This document shows positions 28,117 through 41,502 of a stretch of DNA of 64,000 nucleotides, piece after piece. Made by a program: the position numbers and the translations under genes. Source of the stretch: Octopus bimaculoides (lineage: Eukaryota); assembly GCF_001194135.2 (NCBI RefSeq), contig NC_069002.1, forward strand, positions 34,454,573 to 34,518,572. The letters run 5' to 3'. Every line of letters starts with the position of its first letter. Within the stretch, counting starts at the first letter, position 1. The notes beneath the pieces were generated by a model. The model was not told the DNA's origin, ran no database searches, and worked only from the letters and a program-made list of their open reading frames with translations.

Positions 28117-28148
28117 AACTGAAAGATGCCCGTCGTATATATGAATGT

Positions 28149-28193
<45 letters not shown>

Positions 28194-28390
28194 TGTGTTT
28201 GTCCCCCTAACATCGCTTCACAACCGATGCTGATGTGTTCCCATCCCCGTAATAACGGTTCAGCAAAGGAGACCGATAGAATTACTTCTAGGCTTACAAA
28301 GAATAATCCTGGGAGCGATTTGCTCGACTAAAGGCGGTGCTCTAGCATGGCCGCAGTCAAATGACTGAAAGAAGTAAAAGAGTAAAAAGA
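28117..28390 (+). mobile_element. SINE family B, 5'-truncated, internal (TG)n and intact 3' end
   Basis: CTGAAAGATGCCCGTCGTATAT-(TG)n-GTTTGTCCCC..CAACCGATGCTG..GAGACCGATAGAA..CTCGACTAAAGGCGGTGCTCTAGCATGGCCGCAGTCAAATGACTGAAA. Confidence 0.85.
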
Positions 28391-28720
28391 GAAAATGAGT
28401 ATATATATTACATATTTCCACATATACACGCACATACATATATGTGAGGGAAAATTAATTGGATAGAAATATTATTTCACATGTTCTCGCACTCCTAAGA
28501 AAAAGATCTACCAAGAATAATAATGCAAAAATAAGCTTCGATCTCCCTTCTATACCTTAATGAACTGCCTATCTCTCCCTCTCTTATTCCGAAAGAAACT
28601 AGAAGGCAATGGAAACAGTGGCCAATCAAATTTTCCTATACATACATACATACATGCCCCAGCATGGTGACAGGTGAGAGATGAAACCAATAAAACGAAA
28701 TATCAATATATATATATATG

Positions 28721-28767
<47 letters not shown>

Positions 28768-28937
28768 ATATGTATGTATGTATGTATATACAGTTTCGAT
28801 GATATTCTTTGCTGCACAGACAAAATATTTCCAAGTGTAAGGTTGTATTATCGAATGCAAGCACACGCACGCACACACACACACACACACGTGCATTCAC
28901 ATATTTGTACGCGTAGATGTATATATGTTATTGTAAT

Positions 28938-28974
<37 letters not shown>

Positions 28975-28984
28975 GTGTGTATGT

Positions 28985-29025
<41 letters not shown>

Positions 29026-29844
29026 AGAGCTCCGTAATGGTCTTCATAATTTCCATTGTATAGGAGGGACAAAATGAACCACTAACATACTCCAGTACAT
29101 AAAATTCTAAACATATCATCACTAAAAATTAAATGACAGTCAAATGTTATTATCAAATAGCAGGTATTTGTCTTTGAATTGCGGTAAACAGGGAGAGTTA
29201 GAACTAAAACGGATAAAATGATGCCTCGAGATGTTGATATTATTCTCTTATAGCCGTTCTTAATCTATTGACTGTGCCAGTTCTTGCAACTTAAATGGAT
29301 TTATTTAGTTGTGACCTAGTTCCTATACACTGAGATCGCCTATAAGGTATCATTTTTCCTCTGAATAGAAAATAGGTTAGCCATTTTTAAGTGATTTGAA
29401 TTTTGCCACAACGAAACATTTTCTACCTTTGGCTGTATAACCCGTTGTGAAATCATATTTTTCTGAGCTAAATTATGTGGTATTAACGAGGCACATTAAG
29501 AGAATTGGCTCTACATTTCCCACATTATCAAAGGCGATTTATATCTCAGAATTACTAAACAACCCTTGGTGGAGAACAGGCAGATTATTCATTTCTGAGT
29601 GCTAATATAGGCCGAACAATTTTAAGGGACTAATTCTCTTTCAATATATAAAAAACGTGTAAGCGATCACTGATGAGTTCAATCTTTTTTCCTTAATGTA
29701 CATTGTTTATATTCGGGGTAGGTAAAACTTGTGTCGGTTTACTGTGAGCCATAAAAAAAAACATGTTTTACATCGCATCTATACGAGTGCGAGTGCACAA
29801 TGTTGTTGACAATGGTGGTGCTGTTTGTGTGAGTGCCATCGTGC

Positions 29845-29968
29845 TATTTATAGATGTGCTACAGTTACTCAGTTCTTGCAAGTCCACCGAGGATAGTATA
29901 CGATTTGAAAGAACTTCAACACACAAATTCACATAAAGAACCTTGCAAACTAGCTACAAATGGTAAGT
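29845..29968 (+). promoter_or_regulatory. Candidate TATA + initiator + first exon ending ACAAATG|GTAAGT
   Basis: TATTTATAG 29845-29853; TCAGTT 29869-29874; ATG-free A/C-rich leader; ATG 29960-29962; consensus donor 29963-29968. Motif arrangement only, no downstream exon identified. Confidence 0.3.
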
Positions 29969-29985
29969 GGGTGTATGCATGTATG

Positions 29986-30021
<36 letters not shown>

Positions 30022-30034
30022 TTGTGCTTGTAAT

Positions 30035-30200
30035 TCAAAGGGCCAGCCTCGTTACATCCTGTCTGTGTCACGCTGAATAACCCTGAAAACTATGTTAATA
30101 GCAGGCGTGTCAGTGAGTGAAGTACTCAGCCATATGCACGCTGATTTCACGAGCATGTAGCTCTATTGATCGGATCAACTGGAACCCACATCGTCATAGC
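30035..30200 (+). mobile_element. SINE family C, 3' part
   Basis: TTCAAAGGGCCAGCC..TGTGTCACGCTGAATA..TCAGCCA..TTTCACGAGCA..TTGATCGGATCAACTGGAACCC matches the reverse complement of 45270-45425. Confidence 0.85.
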
Positions 30201-30439
30201 AAACAGTGTCATCTCTCGCTCTCTCTCTCTCTCTCTCACACACACACATGTGTATGGGTGTAGGTGTGAGTGTGTGTGTGTGTGTGTGTATGTGTGTATA
30301 TATGTATGCGTGTGAGTGTGTGTGTCTTTGTGAAGGAGAGACAGACTGGCAATATCATAAAATTGATATTTGAAGAAGTCCATTGTACTCTTCTTGAGTA
30401 TCTTTGTTAATTCTTCTTGTATATTCTTCATCTTTTATT

Positions 30440-30810
30440 TGCAGGAGCTTCAATACGATTATTCTTGTAACCATCACTGCGTTTTCACCAACCAGTTCAT
30501 TGGCGGCACAACACGCCATTTCAGTTATGAGCTAATTAAGTCGAAATGATATACCTTCAGGTTTGTAACCCATTCACAAAATGTAACCGTGAACGACCAC
30601 ATTGGAATTGCCGAAATCTGGGATCAAATGCATATGAACATCAGCAAAGTGTGCGATTTTTTTTACTCATAACATGAAAACACAAAATGCAATGTGTGAT
30701 GAGCTGTCCTGAGTATTATATCATCTGCATTACTGCGTGGAAAACCGTTGAATAGCTTCATCTCCCGGGAGTATACTGTTCAGAAGTTAATAGATGCTCG
30801 ATAGCGTTAT
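30440..30810 (-). mobile_element. Possible Helitron (PIF1-like helicase) C-terminal relic
   Basis: Across frameshifts on the minus strand: LNSILPGDEAIQ, RQF/P..F.VT..LKV..DL and a DG.(K)NIV..LLQ*-like ending, echoing the recalled Helitron helicase C-terminus. Heavily decayed and spacing is shortened. Confidence 0.25.
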
Positions 30811-30862
30811 CTTATGTTTTAATACTTCATATACAGAAATATCAGCTTAATTCCAAAGTTGA

Positions 30863-30928
<66 letters not shown>

Positions 30929-32842
30929 NNNNNNNNNNNNNNNNNNNNNNNNNNNNNNNNNNNNNNNNNNNNNNNNNNNNNNNNNNNNNNNNNNNNNNNN
31001 NNNNNNNNNNNNNNNNNNNNNNNNNNNNNNNNNNNNNNNNNNNNNNNNNNNNNNNNNNNNNNNNNNNNNNNNNNNNNNNNNNNNNNNNNNNNNNNNNNNN
31101 NNNNNNNNNNNNNNNNNNNNNNNNNNNNNNNNNNNNNNNNNNNNNNNNNNNNNNNNNNNNNNNNNNNNNNNNNNNNNNNNNNNNNNNNNNNNNNNNNNNN
31201 NNNNNNNNNNNNNNNNNNNNNNNNNNNNNNNNNNNNNNNNNNNNNNNNNNNNNNNNNNNNNNNNNNNNNNNNNNNNNNNNNNNNNNNNNNNNNNNNNNNA
31301 GAGAGAGAGAGAGAGATAGAGAGAGAGAAAGAGACGCACACACGCACACATACATATAAACGCACATACACACATATGTCGAAGAGTTTAGGCTCGAAAC
31401 TTCAAAGACATATCCATTCTTCCCGAGCGCGAAACGAGTACACCTCCTTGTCGTTCCCTCACATTCTTTGTTTTATCTTCTATGCAAATTTTAACTATAT
31501 ATACGGTATATATTTTTATATTCTTATTTAGTTAAATCTGTGTACGTGGGTGTATATGTGTATGTTGTTGGCTGATGTGCGCGTTTGTGTGTGTGTAGAC
31601 ATGTAGTCGAAATTCGATGTTGAATGAATATCCTGAAAAATGATTTTTGCCTGAGAGAGTATTACAATCTAATTTTATTTTCGTGTCAATATACGTCTTA
31701 CAATGTGTAAAACCCAAATATTTCACAAAGTAACTTTTGTAAAATTCTCAGCAATTTGATGAAAAATACCCTTAGCTTGTCAACTGAAAGCAGTATATAT
31801 TGCTACAAAAATAAATATGCTGTTGAAATAAGATCTAATTTGATAACAGTACTAAAAATGTGTGTGAAATCAGATCGAAGCTAAATGCATATGGTGGATA
31901 AGTGAACTTGCTAAAGCAACACTTATGTAAAATGAAGATCTGAAAGAAAAAAACAAAAGTTACCTGTTTTGAAGCTAGACATAACAGATAACAGCGCAAA
32001 GTATAAGAATAGTAAACGATATTTTTTAATGTGTAATATGAATTTAACTGCTGTAAATATAATACAACATGAAATATAAAATTATGCACAGCAGCAAACA
32101 TACTTTAATACACAAATACAGGCAGATACATACGTATAAATATGCACATAAATATATGGATATAAACAGAAACCATACGCATCATTATTATCTATTATTC
32201 TGGGTAGATAAGAAAGACAAAATAACTCGATGCTGTAAAGATAACAAGCATACGCTACCAAAATACCCACTCCCATATATCAGAATATAGATACATATGT
32301 ATCTTAATATATGCATGTGTATATGAATGTATGTGTGTATATATATATATATATAGAGAGAGAGAGATAATAGATAGATAGATAAATATAAAATTATACG
32401 AATATGTTTACGTATAAACATGGCCATATATACATGTATGTATGTATGTATTTATCTATCTATCTCTCTCTATATATACATACATTTATATGTGTGCGTA
32501 TATATGTTTATATACAAATCTGTGTATGTACGAGTGTTTGTGTGTCAGAGTGTGTATATGTCTGTGAGTGTATGTGTGCACGTGTGCTTGTGTGTGTCTG
32601 TTGTATGTCTCTGTGAGTGTGTATGCCGCACGTGTATGTATTCAGTCACTGTGAGAGTAAGAAAAATGTAAAACAAAGGGAAGAGTTTTGACCGAACTAT
32701 TCACTCACTATAACAGTCTACGTAAACAAACGACCATTGGTAGACTTTTGTTACTGTCTATATTTTGCTCATATCGTCAGCTAATGAAAGCAAATAACAA
32801 AATATATTCATATATGCATATTTATACTCGTATTTTACGAAT

Positions 32843-32844
<2 letters not shown>

Positions 32845-32888
<44 letters not shown>

Positions 32889-32948
32889 AGTATACACACA
32901 TATATATATGTGTATGTATATGTATATACCCACACACAAATGCGTGTG

Positions 32949-33038
<90 letters not shown>

Positions 33039-33098
33039 AGTATACACACATATATATATGTGTATGTATATGTATATACCCACACACAAATGCGTGTG

Positions 33099-33150
<52 letters not shown>

Positions 33151-33180
33151 TATTTATATATATATATATGTGTGTGTGTG
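32845..33180. repeat. Two identical about 74-bp cores embedded in (TA)n tracts, 150-bp period
   Basis: CACATAAGTATACACACATATATATATGTGTATGTATATGTATATACCCACACACAAATGCGTGTGTATGTG at 32883 and 33033. Confidence 0.9.
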
Positions 33181-33469
33181 TATACATTTATCATAGATGT
33201 AGCGAGACACTACAATGAATCGAAGCACTTGTTATAATTTTGATGATAGAGGAGGTATATGTTATTTAGCGTGTGCCTATGAGAATTGTTGATAGAGCCA
33301 CTCGTCAGATTCAAAACTTTGATTGTGAAATCGAATGCTCTGACTTCAATGAATAAACTGATTTATAAATGTTATATTCTTTGGAAGTCACATTATAAGT
33401 TTCTTTTTTTTTTTAGTTGTTTATACCAGTTTCTATTAAGTTATCATGTGTGCGCGTGTCTCTTGTATA

Positions 33470-33854
33470 CGAGGGTTCGTCAAAAAGTAATGCTATTTTG
33501 TTTAGGACAGGAACATGTACCATACCTCCACACTCACCAGATTTAGTGCCTTCAAACTATCATCTCTTCGGCCCCATGAAAGAGGGTTTGAGAGACAAAC
33601 ATTATTCCAGTGACAAGGAAGTGAAAACTCTAGTGAAGAAGTGGCTCAAAGAACAGTCAACAGAATTTTACGGAGCAGAGATACATGCTCGCATTCGAAG
33701 GTGGAGCACTACTATTGAGAGAAACGCTGACTAAGTGAGGAGTAGGGATGTTATCCACAGAGGACCAGCTTCATTTTGATGTACGATACATGTTCCTATG
33801 TTGGTAATTGTACCTGTCCTAAACAAAACGGCATTACTATTTGACACACCTTCG
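33470..33854 (+). mobile_element. Mariner non-autonomous deletion derivative (385 bp) with TIRs and TA TSD
   Basis: TA at 33468-33469 and 33855-33856. TIRs 33470-33511 and 33813-33854 match at 36 of 42 positions. The interior encodes PPHSPDLVPSNYHLFGPMK..KKWLKEQSTEFY..RW, the mariner YSPDLAPxD motif and C-terminus. Confidence 0.95.
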
Positions 33855-35669
33855 TACATTTATATTTGCAATATATGAATACATGTATGTTTGTGTGTGT
33901 GTGTGTGTGTGTGTGTTTATACATGGGTGCGTGTGTTTATATGTATATGCCTGTATGTAGACGCAATTGGGGATAAATATCTGCCCACACGTCAAATAAA
34001 TGTAAACGGAAAAGTTACAAACTCTATGCAATATACTATTAATTATTGCGTGTTTTATAGCAATTCGTAAATATATTTCATTTTCATGTTTTCTATTTTA
34101 TAAATATTAAATTATTCGAACTTATACAACATCATTCACCCTTCACCTCGATATTCTATATATTTCCCGTTCCACGGCACTCTTTGTCAAACGTACCTTT
34201 GTATGTTCTACCACGCTTATAATCATCATTGCCAAAACTACCACCACCACCACCAATACAACCACCACTAACATCAAACACCACCACCACCATCGTCGTC
34301 AGCATCATCATTTTTATCAATATGAATTTTGTTTTTCTAATGAATATTATTGTTTTCTACTTTCAGAACTTAGACCGAATGCAATGTATCTAATAAAGTC
34401 ACAATTTGACCTTTAACTTCCATGTGATTTGATGTTATAAACCAAATCTCTTTTTTTAATCAGGGCATGTATTTCTGTATTTAGTGTAACTGAATACCTC
34501 CTAGACATATATTGTCATCTTAGCAAAACCGAAACTATATAATTTTATTTTCTATATTTAGGTCGGGCTCTTTCTCCTCAAGTATTTCGAGTTCAATTTT
34601 GATAAAAAATAAAATTGCCTAACAATTTACTGATTTTATGAATTCTTCTGTGTCTATCTTTGATTTTCTAATCTTCAGTTTTCACAAATCAACAAATATT
34701 GCTTGAAGTCAAAAGAAATTACAAGATTGTGTATTGTCACGGAAATTCTATATTTCGAGGCGCAATAGAATGTCATGTACAAGCTAGTTTTAACATTTGT
34801 TGAAAGTCTTGCATTCAGTGTTCGAACCACATCCGCTTATTTAAACTGATTTATATCAGTTTCTGGTGACGATGACTGTACTAGTCACGAGGCATGGCGC
34901 TGTAGAATATTTAGATCAGTACACACCACCTATTACTAAAGCTATTCAAACTCACAGAGTTTTGAAGGCAATGTCGGATGTGATTTCTAGTTTGTCACCA
35001 CGTATTCCCTTGCCTTTAACTAACAGACTTTTCACATAGATTTACATAATGCTAAAATTACGTTGCTATTATATACCTTCGCATTAGCTTCCTCCATTTC
35101 ACTTTCATTTTCTATATAAGAATAATTGATTTTAAAATTAACAAGTAATGAGATCGGGAATTATAATAATGATACCGAATATGATTATCTGAGTAGTATT
35201 AATAATCACGATCATTGCCAGTCGTGGCACAATAAAGCAAGTACGAATGGATGGTTATGTTGGATATGTAGTACTTGGTTGTATTGTGTGTGTGTGCGTG
35301 CGTGCGTGCGTGCGTGCGTGCGCGCGCGCGTGTGGCGGAATATTCAGGAATGAGAACACCATACGTGGAGTTGCAATTCGCTGGAGTATTACTCTTCTGG
35401 TCAAAAGGGTATAACCAATGGCGACTTCACCTAGAAATGGATCAAGCAACAATCGCATCTTTTGGTACCTTCTTCTCAGCGCCTTTCCATCACTATTGTT
35501 TCAGCATGCATTAGTTACGTGACAGAGATGGCAGACAGCAGCTGGCCCGAGCTGGCAACAAAGGCAATGAACTATTGCAGGTCAAAATACTGAAGGATTC
35601 AGTTAGGACGACAACCAGCGAGTAACATTTGACAGGTGTTACAATTAATTACCCAAGAATAATAAAATA

Positions 35670-35755
35670 AGTTCCAGATGTGCGCTGGGGTCGATTTCAT
35701 CGGCTTACCTCCTCCCCCGAGCATGCTGGAGTTGTGCCAAAACTTGAAACCAATT
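35670..35755 (+). mobile_element. SINE family A, 3' fragment
   Basis: AAATAAGTTCCAG..GCGCTGGGGTCGATTTCATCGGCTTAC..TTGTGCCAAAACTTGAAACCA. Confidence 0.5.
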
Positions 35756-36339
35756 TTTACTTAGTGAGCATTTGAACACTTGACAGTAAATTGTTTAAAA
35801 GTGAATCTAGAAATATCTCACGATGTATCTAGAACCCACTTCAACTTTGTCTGTATAATCAATATCTCTGCCCACCTACATATAATAACGACAACCATGG
35901 CATTAACAACCAATAAGATCTTACAGGAAAAAAATACGCACTCAATTTAAGAACAGAAAATGAAAAACTAAAATACGTAAAACTAAGGAAAATTAAAAAA
36001 AAAAAGAATGCTCACAAAATTTTTTAAAATAAATAAGTATAAAATATAAAATGAAAAGCGTTAGAAGTAAAAAAAAAAAAGCAGAAAAATATCGGCGTCC
36101 TCATGATATGCATCATAAATTACTACTCTAGTTGCTCCAGATATCCCATTGTAAATATATAAAATAAAATGACACCTTCACTTGAAGTAACTTCTTCATG
36201 TAAATCGTCGTAAAAATGCTTAAATAATCACTAAAACATTTATTCTTCTCGTTGCAGTTGTCGTCTCTGAGGATTTTTCTACTAGTGGAAATGTTGCCAA
36301 AGTAAATTGAGCACGTAGATAGATATGTGCAGGTGTGTA

Positions 36340-36384
36340 TGTGATTGTATAAGCATATATATCAATCATACATACATACATACA

Positions 36385-36420
<36 letters not shown>

Positions 36421-36815
36421 TATACTATATAGATAGATAGATATATAGATGCATACATACATAGAGAAAGAGAGAGATAACTGCACAGGTGTATACACAC
36501 ATGTATATATATATATATATACACATACATGTATATATATGTATATATATATATATATATACATACATGTATGTATGTATATGTGTATATATATACACAT
36601 ACAAATATGTATATATATATATACACACACATATATGTGTATATATATATATATATACANNNNNNNNNNATATATATATATATATATATATACATACATG
36701 TATGTATGTATGTGTGTATACATATACACATACAAATATGTATATATATGTATATACACACATATATGTGTATATATATATATACACGTGTGTGTATATA
36801 TATACACATACACAT

Positions 36816-36853
<38 letters not shown>

Positions 36854-36917
36854 GTGTGTGTGTGTGAGTGTATTTATCCATATGTAACTATACGTTCATT
36901 AAATTATCTGCACATAA

Positions 36918-36949
<32 letters not shown>

Positions 36950-36950
36950 T
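36340..36950. repeat. Long compound (TACA)n/(TA)n/(CA)n microsatellite region
   Basis: Directly visible; includes a 10-N gap. Confidence 0.95.
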
Positions 36951-37527
36951 ACAAAAGTTATCATTCTGTTTAATAGATGTTTTACGTATGATACATTACT
37001 TTTTTTTTGTCTTAAATTCTTCCTTTAACTTTTGTTCATACTATACCTGTGTGTCCTTGTCTCAGTGAATGTGTATGCGCGTGTGAGCTTGGGAGTGTGC
37101 GGGCAAGTGCGATGTTGCGTATGTGGAAAATAACGAATTGAAACCAGGAGGAGGTGGAAAGGTGGAGATAAGGAGACAGAGAACTAGAAACAGAGGCAGA
37201 GAGAGAGCGAGAGGAGGAGGAGAGAGGGAGAGGAATGAGATGTGAGGATATCCATCCTTTATAAAAGTTAATGTATCATTTATTTTTTCAATCATCTCAG
37301 AATTCTTTATATAACCCCACTGGAACAATATTCTGTCTGTACATCAAGTAGAGTCTTATGTTTTCATTTTGTGTTTACTCATTTTCTCTATCACTTCCCA
37401 CTGAAGCTGAACAGTAAAAAGAAAAGCAAAATAATGAAATATCACGACACATACACAGAGAGAGAGAGAAAGAGAAAGAGAGAGTGAGTGAGAGAGAGAG
37501 AGAGAGATGTATATGTGTGTATGTATT

Positions 37528-37622
37528 TTCCTTTTATTATTATTATTATTATCATTATTATTATTACCATTATTATTATTATTATTAGTAGTAGTAGTAG
37601 TAGTAGTAGTACTAGCAGCAGT
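37528..37622. repeat. (ATT)n(AGT)n trinucleotide microsatellite
   Basis: Directly visible. Confidence 0.95.
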
Positions 37623-38340
37623 ACATCCTTTGTCTTTTTTTTTCTTTTCANNNNNNNNNNAGAAAGTTTACATATATCTTTTTTTTTTTCCTGGTAATTT
37701 TGGTATAAGATTATTTCTTTGTTTTGCTTTTTTTCCCTCATTTACGCTTTGTATAGTAACTAGTAAAATGTAAAGGCAACATTAGATTTTGTTATATTTT
37801 AGGTAAGATTTTATATATATATATGTGCACACATACACACACATATGTGGCTATTTATAACCACACGAGTGTGTGTTTTCAGTGTGCTTGGACTGTGCGT
37901 GCATGTTTGTTCGTGTGTATGCGTGTGCGTTTGATATGAATCAGGTTTCATGTTAGTTTTTGCGACATCATACTCACGCCCACATTGATTTCATTAACAA
38001 GCAATAGATTGTGCAGTAAATCAATGGTGTCATGCTTCTCGATTCGTTTATTTCGTACTAAAGCTTCTATTCTAATGTTATGCTTATCACGTATATTCCA
38101 ATGGTACCGTAAGATACAGGGTAAGGAAAGTTGAAAGACTACTTTACGTAGTAACAACACGTTTAATTACCCCCTCTAGTATTACGATTCAATGTTGAGA
38201 GGATCGTTTGTATCGCTCCCTTAACTCATCGTTTTATTTTTCAACTATAGTCGTACCTCATCAGTTTAGAAACTGTTTGGTTGCCCACTTTTCGTGTCAT
38301 GCCTTATTCTAACAGATGTTGAAATTAAGAGCATACAAGT

Positions 38341-38576
38341 CTTATTTCATTATCGTCCACAAGGGATTAAACGTAGAAGGGGCAAACAAGGACAGACAAA
38401 GGGATTAAGTCGATTACATCGACCCCAGTGCGTAACTAGTACTTAATTTATCGACCCCAAAAGGATGAAAGGCAAAGACGACCTCGCCGGAATTTGAACT
38501 CAGAACGTAACGGCAGGCGAAATACCACTAAGCATTTCGACCGGCGCGCTAATGATTCTACCAGCTGGCCGCCTTG
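38341..38576 (-). mobile_element. SINE family A, full length, 13-bp TSD
   Basis: Same structure as 18192-18427. TSD AGAGCATACAAGT (38328-38340) and AGAGCATACACGT (38577-38589), 12 of 13 identical. Confidence 0.95.
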
Positions 38577-40199
38577 AGAGCATACACGTATGTGGAAACT
38601 TCAGCGATTTACACGTTTACGCAGAAGTAGCTACCTCTGGTTATCTAACGAACGAATCCTNNNNNNNNNNNNNNNNNNNNNNNNNNNNNNNNNNNNNNNN
38701 NNNNNNNNNNNNNNNNNNNNNNNNNNNNNNNNNNNNNNNNNNNNNNNNNNNNNNNNNNNNNNNNNNNNNNNNNNNNNNNNNNNNNNNNNNNNNNNNNNNN
38801 NNNNNNNNNNNNNNNNNNNNNNNNNNNNNNNNNNNNNNNNNNNNNNNNNNNNNNNNNNNNNNNNNNNNNNNNNNNNNNNNNNNNNNNNNNNNNNNNNNNN
38901 NNNNNNNNNNNNNNNNNNNNNNNNNNNNNNNNNNNNNNNNNNNNNNNNNNNNNNNNNNNNNNNNNNNNNNNNNNNNNNNNNNNNNNNNNNNNNNNNNNNN
39001 NNNNNNNNNNNNNNNNNNNNNNNNNNNNNNNNNNNNNNNNNNNNNNNNNNNNNNNNNNNNNNNNNNNNNNNNNNNNNNNNNNNNNNTAGTCACTGAAACG
39101 TGTAGAATTATTAGATAAACAGAAAATCATATGTGTTCGGTATGACCTAACCACAGATATTTTGTTTTGTCAATATAACATGCCAGAACAGTTTTTTTTT
39201 AAATATAATGATACATTCATTAGAACAAATACATTAAGGAGATTTGAAAGCTTCTACAGTATATTGTATTTGTGTTATATTTCATACTGCGAAAATTTCT
39301 GTTGAGCCATGTATTAAATTCGAAATTCGTTTAAAAAGAATCTGTTACATAACTATACATTTAATTGTGTTAACAATAAACCGGCTTCACATATTGTTGG
39401 GGAGAAATGCTAAAAGCAGTCTTAAATTTGCTTTATTATTATTATCTCTTCTGAACAATTTTTGTGTTTGTTATGTTCTATTTGTTTATAGACACATTAT
39501 TACAAGAAGTTTCTAAATTCCAAAGTTATAAGCAGTGTTCGTAATAATGCTTTGGGATCATGGGTGACGATCAAGTTCACTTCACCTCCCTTGATCTTGT
39601 TTGGACTGTTTATTATCGTTCATTTCAAAAGCAAAGCTTTATAAATATTGGACACACTTTTGTTTTGTTGTCCATTTATCCAATATCTGTCGGCTTTACA
39701 CATGTAAAACTTACACACTATAACACGTACACACACACGCATGAACACATACATATGCACGCACACATACGTTTGTATGTATATTAAACACACCTTTCGT
39801 GATCTATAAGCTAAATAATGCGTTAGGTACAAGAGTCGATATATTTCATTATTCTCCTTTCCATAATTCCAAGCTTTACGCTTATAAGATCAAATCTCTT
39901 CTTCAAACTAGATAAGTATTTATTTAATGATATCCTTTTCTTCTAGTTTTGAGAGAAGAGTCGTAGCTTTAAAAGGAAATGAGACTTAATACTTAGACCC
40001 AAAAACTTCTTTTGAGATTACTTTGGAATACAATAGCACTGAACTCCGGAACCATAACCCACGTTATTGAAAGCAAGAATTTTTAGCACACAGACGCATA
40101 CACACACACTTTTCATATGAACCGATGTCCATATATGGACTGTTCATCCGCCTTACATTTTCGGCGGTAATTAAACCACTGTTATTCAATCTAGTTTTG

Positions 40200-40420
40200 T
40201 AATAATCCTTTATAATTGAGACACACAAGGCTTGAAAGTTTTTAGCGGGCAGTGGTTAGTTGATTACATCGACACCCAACACTACACTGGTACTTATTTA
40301 ATCGACCCCAAAAGAAAAAAAAAATTACTTCTGTGTTATTTGAACAAAGAACGTAAAACCGGATGAGAAGACCCTAAGCATTTTGTCCGGATCAGTGATG
40401 ATTTTCTAGCTTACGGCCTT
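40200..40420 (-). mobile_element. SINE family A, degenerate full-length copy
   Basis: GATTACATCGAC..CTGGTACTTATTTAATCGACCCCAAAAG..TTTGAAC..AACGTAAA..TAAGCATTTTGTCCGG. Confidence 0.75.
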
Positions 40421-41468
40421 TATTAGATCTAATATTATGCGGCTAAACGCAAAAATGTAGACCTTTCTATTGTTTCAAGCTCTATTTTTTCCATACAATA
40501 TTTCGCCTTGTTTTACCGTGTTATATATTTTATTTTATTTATTTGACATTTATTTTTATATTGTTGCATAACTATAAACTTAATTATTTTAACCATAAAC
40601 CTAATATCTTTTTTCACACTTAGCTTTTTGTTTGCATTTACAACTTACGTAATCGAAAATATACTATAAACATTTTAACTCATGTAAATGTTAGCGTATT
40701 AACTTGATAAAATCTGACTTCATCAAATTAACGCGTGATGGGCGTGTGCAGGAATATCTACATATATGCCCTTAAGAAGATCCATGTATCGATGCATATG
40801 AATAATAATATATGCTTTGGTCAATTAAGCACTAATTGTTGATCTACTACATGTTCAATAACTATAACCACAATAAGGTTCTGAGATTCGACTATGACAT
40901 TGTGTTGGTTGCATTCATATCTGAGGTTCAAAATGATTTTAAGTGATATTTGAAATTTTTGGAGGAATTTTTTAAAAAATAATCCATCAACCAAGGAAGA
41001 GAGAAAATAATCAAATATCAATTTGGGGTGCAAAAAAAAAAATCACCGAAACAAATGATGCATCTACTATATGCATACGCGAATACGTATTCAACGTGCA
41101 TGCATATATATTACATATACGTTAATACAGCAACATACATCGACGCCGCAGACACCCATACCTGAACGTACAGAGATGAATTTATTTGATAAAGGAAACA
41201 CAAAATTGTCAATATATATATATATACTTTTTGATCTGATTAGATTTCTTCTTCTGAATGAAATAATCTGTCCGCGTGTCTCTGTGTCTGCTTATTTGTT
41301 GCTACTCTTCTTTCCCTCTTTCTCCCCCCTCTCTCTCTGTATATATCTATATATATATATCTATATATGCATATACTTTACTCTCTATGTAGCTATCTGT
41401 CTATCTATCTATCCATGTATCTATCTGTCTATTTTTCTATCTGTCTACTTCTACTCCATCTCTCTCAG

Positions 41469-41502
<34 letters not shown>

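Noticed and set aside
27633-28122. Mucin-like Thr/Pro-rich ORFs
   Set aside because: Low-complexity ACC/AAC tract running into a SINE; no supported gene structure.
36490-36860. About 100-bp near-duplicate on either side of the 10-N gap
   Set aside because: Most likely an uncollapsed contig overlap in microsatellite sequence.
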